A stretch of DNA of 10,277 bases from positions 1 to 10,277 of the forward strand of contig JAWBON010000041.1 in NCBI GenBank assembly GCA_038826135.1, written 5' to 3'. The notes under the pieces were generated by a model. The model was not told the origin of the DNA. It did no database searches and worked only from the letters and a program-made list of their open reading frames with translations. The first letter of the stretch is position 1; every line of letters begins with the position of its first letter. The position numbers and the translations under genes are program-made. The stretch is from Candidatus Odinarchaeota archaeon. GTDB taxonomy: Archaea; Asgardarchaeota; Odinarchaeia; Odinarchaeales; Odinarchaeaceae. Shown here piece by piece: positions 6,360 through 10,277 of this stretch.

Positions 6360-8027
6360 ATGGCAACTGAGAAGGAAGTCTTCATTAGGAAGGCCTCAGG
6401 TCTAACTAGGGTTATAAGCGCGTGGGATGCGTTAATATACGCATTCTGCAACCCTGGCATACTATACTGTATGCTATATATAACCTGGGGTCCTTGGGGT
6501 GTCGGTCCAGGTGCTGATATGCCATGGGCGGTAGTAACAGTCTTCATGCTCTTGCCTATTCAAGCACTCTACTGGTTGTTCTCGGTTAGCATGCCCAGAA
6601 GTGGTGGCGAATACTTATATGTCAGTAGGATAATCAGTCCCGCATTCGGTTTATTCGCTTCATGGACCTTAACAATCGTTGGCATGTCTTGGACAGGCCA
6701 ATGCACAACCTGGATGATAAACTACGGTATAGGTGGCATGTTCCTGAACGGGGGTATTCTCGCACGGGATGTAGGCCTTCTAAACATTGGTAACATATTA
6801 GGTGATACAAGTCTTATCCAATATGGTGGTACCCCATATACCGCTGCAATAATCTCAGTAATAGCAACAATATCTCTCATATCGACATTCTATATAATGT
6901 ACCGTGGTGCTAAAGCCTCTATGAGACTAAGCTGGATCTGCTCAGCTATAGCTACAGTGGGTCTTCTATGCTTCGTAGCTATCGCATGGACTTCAGGTGA
7001 AACAGTGTTCGTAAACAATGTGAACACGATCTGGAGTGACCCGACGATTCAATCAAGCGGATACTTCGCATACACTAACTATGCTGCGTATATAACAGAT
7101 GTTATAGCCGCAGGGTACCCAGGTCACCCTGAACTTATAGGTACAATATTCGCTGGAACAGCTTATGTGAACCTTAACACTTTAGGATCCACATATACTA
7201 CAAGCGCTGCTGGAGAGATTAAAGGAGTCTCATTCGCTCAAGGATTAGCTCTACTCGGTTCAATAATAATGTTCATGGGTTACTGGGAGCTCTTCTACGC
7301 TTCAGCCTACGTTGGCTGCGGCTCAGACTTCTGGTGGGGTATAGCTTATGCCGAAAATGGTGGAATAGACTATGCTGCTTTCGGTACAATGGCTAACGGT
7401 ATTACGGTAGCCCCCTACCTGTCAGATAATCCATTCCTAGTATGGATGGTTGCATTCGGCTTCGTTGCAGCCACCTATGGTAGTGTACTGGGAATGTCCT
7501 TCGGACCCGTCAGAAACATGTTCGCATGGTCATTTGACGGTGTTTTACCGAACTGGTGGAACAAAGTTGACAGAAGAGGCTCACCATGGGTATCCGTCAT
7601 GGCTGGTTGTATAATCGCATGGGCGTTCATGATGCTCTACACATGGACTTCACTGCTTTACTTGATTCTATGGACGATAACAGTATGGTTCATCGGCTGG
7701 ATAATCGTAGGCATAGCCGGTATGATATTCCCGTACAGGAGAAAGGACATCTTCGAGAAATCACCCGAACTAGTTAAGAAGAGAGTCGCCGGACTTCCTG
7801 TAGTAACCATACTAGGCGCGTTAACCACAGGCATCAGCGTGTTCACCGTATGGGTTACACTGGCCCCCTCATTCGTATACGGTTGGGGTCTTGATCCTCT
7901 CTCACTGGGTGGTACAGTCCTATTCTTAGTAGTATGCCCGTTCGTGTTATACTACGCTGCCTACTTCTACAGGAAGAGTAAAGGCGTTCCCATGGACCTG
8001 AGGTTTAAGGAGATACCTCCTGACTAA
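6360..8027 (+). CDS. APC-superfamily amino acid/amine permease
   Basis: About 12 hydrophobic segments by eye; N-terminal FIRKASGLTRVISAWDA, SMPRSGGEYLYVSR, AGEIK, RNMFAWSFDGVLP and C-terminal FKEIPPD, typical of archaeal APC permeases. RBS AGGAG at 6346-6350. Confidence 0.9.
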   Translation: MATEKEVFIRKASGLTRVISAWDALIYAFCNPGILYCMLYITWGPWGVGPGADMPWAVVTVFMLLPIQALYWLFSVSMPRSGGEYLYVSRIISPAFGLFASWTLTIVGMSWTGQCTTWMINYGIGGMFLNGGILARDVGLLNIGNILGDTSLIQYGGTPYTAAIISVIATISLISTFYIMYRGAKASMRLSWICSAIATVGLLCFVAIAWTSGETVFVNNVNTIWSDPTIQSSGYFAYTNYAAYITDVIAAGYPGHPELIGTIFAGTAYVNLNTLGSTYTTSAAGEIKGVSFAQGLALLGSIIMFMGYWELFYASAYVGCGSDFWWGIAYAENGGIDYAAFGTMANGITVAPYLSDNPFLVWMVAFGFVAATYGSVLGMSFGPVRNMFAWSFDGVLPNWWNKVDRRGSPWVSVMAGCIIAWAFMMLYTWTSLLYLILWTITVWFIGWIIVGIAGMIFPYRRKDIFEKSPELVKKRVAGLPVVTILGALTTGISVFTVWVTLAPSFVYGWGLDPLSLGGTVLFLVVCPFVLYYAAYFYRKSKGVPMDLRFKEIPPD

Positions 8028-8028
8028 A

Positions 8029-8049
8029 CCCTCTGTTTTTATTTTTTTT
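8029..8049 (+). terminator. Oligo-T terminator of the APC permease
   Basis: CCCTCTG-T5-A-T8, 1 nt after the stop codon. Confidence 0.6.
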
Positions 8050-8141
8050 ATTTTAATCTTTAACAAGTTAATTTTATAAGCCAATCAAAAAAGTCATCCA
8101 AATTTTTATAGCGCTATTTTTATATTTAATCCCCTTTTTCG

Positions 8142-8157
8142 CGAAATACTTAAATAT
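8142..8157 (+). promoter_or_regulatory. Putative BRE + TATA promoter of the phosphoesterase-nucleotidyltransferase pair
   Basis: CGAAATAC followed by TTAAATAT (8150-8157), downstream of the permease terminator. Confidence 0.5.
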
Positions 8158-8171
8158 ACTGTAAAAATAAT

Positions 8172-9164
8172 ATGATGCAAAAAGTGAAGGTTGGTGTGAA
8201 ATTAATGGTAAAAACAAGATTGTTTTTCGCAACAGATGTGCACGGTTCGGAAGTATGTTTTAGAAAATTCCTTAACGCGGGTAAATTCTACGGTGTTAAA
8301 ACATTGATATTAGGCGGTGATATAACTGGGAAGATGATCGTCCCCGTTGTTAAAAAAGAGGGTGGCGTATATGAGGCTAAATACTACGGTACAGTTCATA
8401 AGGCTAAGTCTGAGGATGAGTTAAATAAGCTTAAAAGACTCATTCGCGACGGTGGCTTCTACCCGTTTATAACGACAGAGGACGAGATGAAGGAGCTTGC
8501 TAGTAAAAACGTTAACGTCGACGAAATCTTCAAAGACCTAGTTCTAGACACACTTAGAGGATGGGTTAAATTAGCTGAGGAGAGGTTGAAGCCTGAAGGT
8601 ATAAAACTATACATGACAGGCGGCAACGATGACATAGCTGAAATATCAGATATTTTAAGAAGCTCCGATTATATCATAGATCCTGAGGGAACTGTTGTTA
8701 ACATTGACGGTGAACATGAGATGGTAAGCACCGGGTATTCGAATATAACACCTTGGAAATGTCCGAGAGATATAGGTGACGATGAACTTTGGAAAATAAT
8801 TGAGAAAATGCTTAAAGAAGTTAAAGATATGAAGAAAGCGATATTCAACTTTCACGTTCCACCCTACGATGTCCCACCACTCGACTCAGCCCCAGAACTT
8901 GATGAAACCCTTAAACCAATAATGGAAGGAGGCTCAGGGTTAAAGATGATACCTGTGGGTAGTAAAGCTGTTAGAAGAGCTATCGACGAATATCAGCCGC
9001 TTCTAGGTTTACACGGCCATATACATGAAGGCAAAGGCGCTATAACAGTTGGGCGGACACTATGCGTTAACCCTGGCAGTGAGTATGGTGAAGGTATATT
9101 AAGAGGTGTGCTAGTAACAATTGATAAAGATCAGGTAAAAGAATACTTGTTCACGTCTGGTTAA
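8172..9164 (+). CDS. Calcineurin-like metallophosphoesterase (Icc-related)
   Basis: All five motifs are present: TDVHG, GGDITG, GGNDD, FHVPP and GHIHE, followed by NPGSEY. The likely start is ATG 8205 (RBS GGTG at 8193-8196), since the TATA box at 8150-8157 would place transcription start downstream of ATG 8172. Confidence 0.9.
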   Translation: MMQKVKVGVKLMVKTRLFFATDVHGSEVCFRKFLNAGKFYGVKTLILGGDITGKMIVPVVKKEGGVYEAKYYGTVHKAKSEDELNKLKRLIRDGGFYPFITTEDEMKELASKNVNVDEIFKDLVLDTLRGWVKLAEERLKPEGIKLYMTGGNDDIAEISDILRSSDYIIDPEGTVVNIDGEHEMVSTGYSNITPWKCPRDIGDDELWKIIEKMLKEVKDMKKAIFNFHVPPYDVPPLDSAPELDETLKPIMEGGSGLKMIPVGSKAVRRAIDEYQPLLGLHGHIHEGKGAITVGRTLCVNPGSEYGEGILRGVLVTIDKDQVKEYLFTSG

Positions 9165-9189
9165 ATCTTAAAAATAAAATTAACGGAGT

Positions 9190-10020
9190 GTGACCTATAT
9201 GTCATCTGACGAAGCGATTTTAGGTGAGGCTTTGAGATTAATCGATGCAGCTGAGAAAGAGGGAATAATACTGAGAATAATCGGAGCTGCAGCGGTTAGA
9301 CTGAAATGCGTTGACTTCAGAGAGCTTCACAAATCATTCAGGCAGTTAACTGACGTAGATTATATGTCTTATTGGAAATATGAGAGAAAGGTTGACGAAT
9401 TCCTTGAAAAACAGGGATATGCACCTTTACGTTCAGCTGTAACACCGGGTCTATTCGTAGGTAGACGCGTTTACAATGATAAAACCGGTCAGAACAGAGC
9501 GCATATAGACGTATTCTTCGACGAATTAGATATGTGCCATAAAGTCGACTTTCGTGGAAGGCTTGAAATAGATAAGCCTACAATATCAGTAACAGACCTG
9601 GTTTTAGAGAAAATGCAGATTGTTGAAATAAATGAGAAAGACATAAAAGATCTTTGCATAATATTCGCTCAGTTCCCGCTCTCCGAAAAGGATGAGCCGA
9701 ACAGTATAAACAAGAAGTATATCGCAAAAATACTAGCTAAGGAATGGGGTTTCTGGTATACTTTAACAACTAATCTGGATAAAGTTAGAAAATTCATAGA
9801 AAAATACACTCAGCAGGGAATTTTCAACGAACAGCATAAGGCGACAGTTCTGCAGAGAACCCAGGAATTGCGTGAAGCAATAGATAAGGAAGGTAAGAGC
9901 TTCGGTTGGAAGATGAGAGCTAAAGTTGGAACAAAGAAGATCTGGTATAATCCAGTCGGCGAGGTTGAGAGGGCGCCTCACTTAGAGGAATATAAGCCGA
10001 AAGAATATCGGCAAGATTAA
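9190..10020 (+). CDS. Uncharacterised protein with Pol-beta-superfamily nucleotidyltransferase-like motifs
   Basis: hhGxxAV (IIGAAAV, G32), D-x-D (TDVD, D55/D57), third acidic strand (HIDVF, D107) and K141...KDxxD (K150-D151-x-x-D154). The likely start is ATG 9199, with RBS GGAGTG at 9185-9190. The reading frame is solid; the fold call is by motif recognition only. Confidence 0.65.
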   Translation: MTYMSSDEAILGEALRLIDAAEKEGIILRIIGAAAVRLKCVDFRELHKSFRQLTDVDYMSYWKYERKVDEFLEKQGYAPLRSAVTPGLFVGRRVYNDKTGQNRAHIDVFFDELDMCHKVDFRGRLEIDKPTISVTDLVLEKMQIVEINEKDIKDLCIIFAQFPLSEKDEPNSINKKYIAKILAKEWGFWYTLTTNLDKVRKFIEKYTQQGIFNEQHKATVLQRTQELREAIDKEGKSFGWKMRAKVGTKKIWYNPVGEVERAPHLEEYKPKEYRQD

Positions 10021-10021
10021 A

Positions 10022-10041
10022 CCCTCTTTTTTATCATTTTT
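10022..10041 (+). terminator. Oligo-T terminator of the phosphoesterase-nucleotidyltransferase unit
   Basis: CCCTCTTTTTT-ATCA-TTTTT, 1 nt after the stop codon. Confidence 0.6.
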
Positions 10042-10103
10042 ATAGGCTGTGATGATTTTATCCCCGTTTGACTTTAAGATGATTTTTGAGGAACCGTCTG
10101 AGC

Positions 10104-10277
10104 CTAATCTTTACTGAAATACTGGTCCAGTTTAGATTGAGGTTGCCTTCTACTAATTTCACTAATCCGTGTTAAAGCAGATTTAACACGGTCTAAAGAG
10201 AAATCGTGTTTCACATGGAGTAATTCAATTATCTGATCAGATTTAGGCTCACCCCAGAAAAGGGTATACTCCCTAGT
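10104..10277 (-). CDS. fen: 3' end (partial) of flap endonuclease-1
   Basis: Manual translation of the minus strand gives TREYTLFWGEPKSDQIIELLHVKHDFSLDRVKSALTRISEISRRQPQSKLDQYFSKD*. It shows the FEN-1 W-x-E-P and HDFSxDRV motifs and a PCNA-interacting PIP box QSKLDQYF (10116-10139). Stop TAG at 10104-10106. Confidence 0.88.
   Translation of the reverse strand, partial: TREYTLFWGEPKSDQIIELLHVKHDFSLDRVKSALTRISEISRRQPQSKLDQYFSKD

Noticed and set aside
6344-6547. 67-aa minus-strand ORF
   Set aside because: Antisense to the permease 5' end; no motif or evident RBS.
7586-7846. Two short ORFs (7586-7777 + and 7658-7846 -)
   Set aside because: Out-of-frame or antisense overlaps within the well-supported permease.
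8172-8204. 11-residue N-terminal extension of the phosphoesterase in the ORF track
   Set aside because: The RBS-like GGTG precedes ATG 8205, and the TATA position implies transcription starts after 8172.
8655-8855. 66-aa minus-strand ORF
   Set aside because: Antisense shadow inside the phosphoesterase.
9763-9981. 72-aa minus-strand ORF
   Set aside because: Antisense shadow inside the NTase-like gene.
10167-10191. Perfect inverted repeat CCGTGTTAAA-GCAGA-TTTAACACGG, with one arm also found at 3411-3420
   Set aside because: It lies inside the FEN-1 coding sequence (DRVKSALTR), and the copy at 3411 has no matching second arm. One 10-bp dyad in 10 kb is plausible by chance.
1-10277. CRISPR array, tRNA/rRNA, IS element or prophage
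   Set aside because: No regularly spaced direct repeats, cloverleaf, transposase or integrase motifs were seen; nearly all non-coding DNA is short AT-rich spacer.

Overview
Archaeal genomic window, based on GGAGGT/GGTGA-type ribosome-binding sites, BRE/TATA promoters, oligo-T terminators and archaeal marker genes. The lineage cannot be fixed from sequence alone, but an AOR suggests an anaerobe. The left edge holds the 3' end of a probable gatB, a PAC2-family proteasome chaperone/activator ending in an HbYX motif, and a small heat-shock protein. The right edge holds the 3' end of flap endonuclease FEN-1 with a PIP box on the minus strand; neither edge gene is in the ORF track. Between them (1411-10020) lies a six-gene catabolic-looking block: tungsten aldehyde:ferredoxin oxidoreductase, a class-III PLP enzyme, a glycerol-dehydrogenase-family enzyme, an APC permease, a calcineurin-like metallophosphoesterase and an unannotated protein with a nucleotidyltransferase-like motif set. 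The class-III enzyme carries the K-x-K-P-P motif of phospho-lyases in place of the usual R-x-x-P-P of transaminases, and the phosphoesterase has a GNDD (diesterase-like) motif. Together these suggest, as inference, an undescribed pathway for uptake and breakdown of a phosphorylated amino alcohol or phosphodiester, with the phosphoesterase plus nucleotidyltransferase pair as the unexplained core. No RNA genes, CRISPR arrays or mobile elements were seen.
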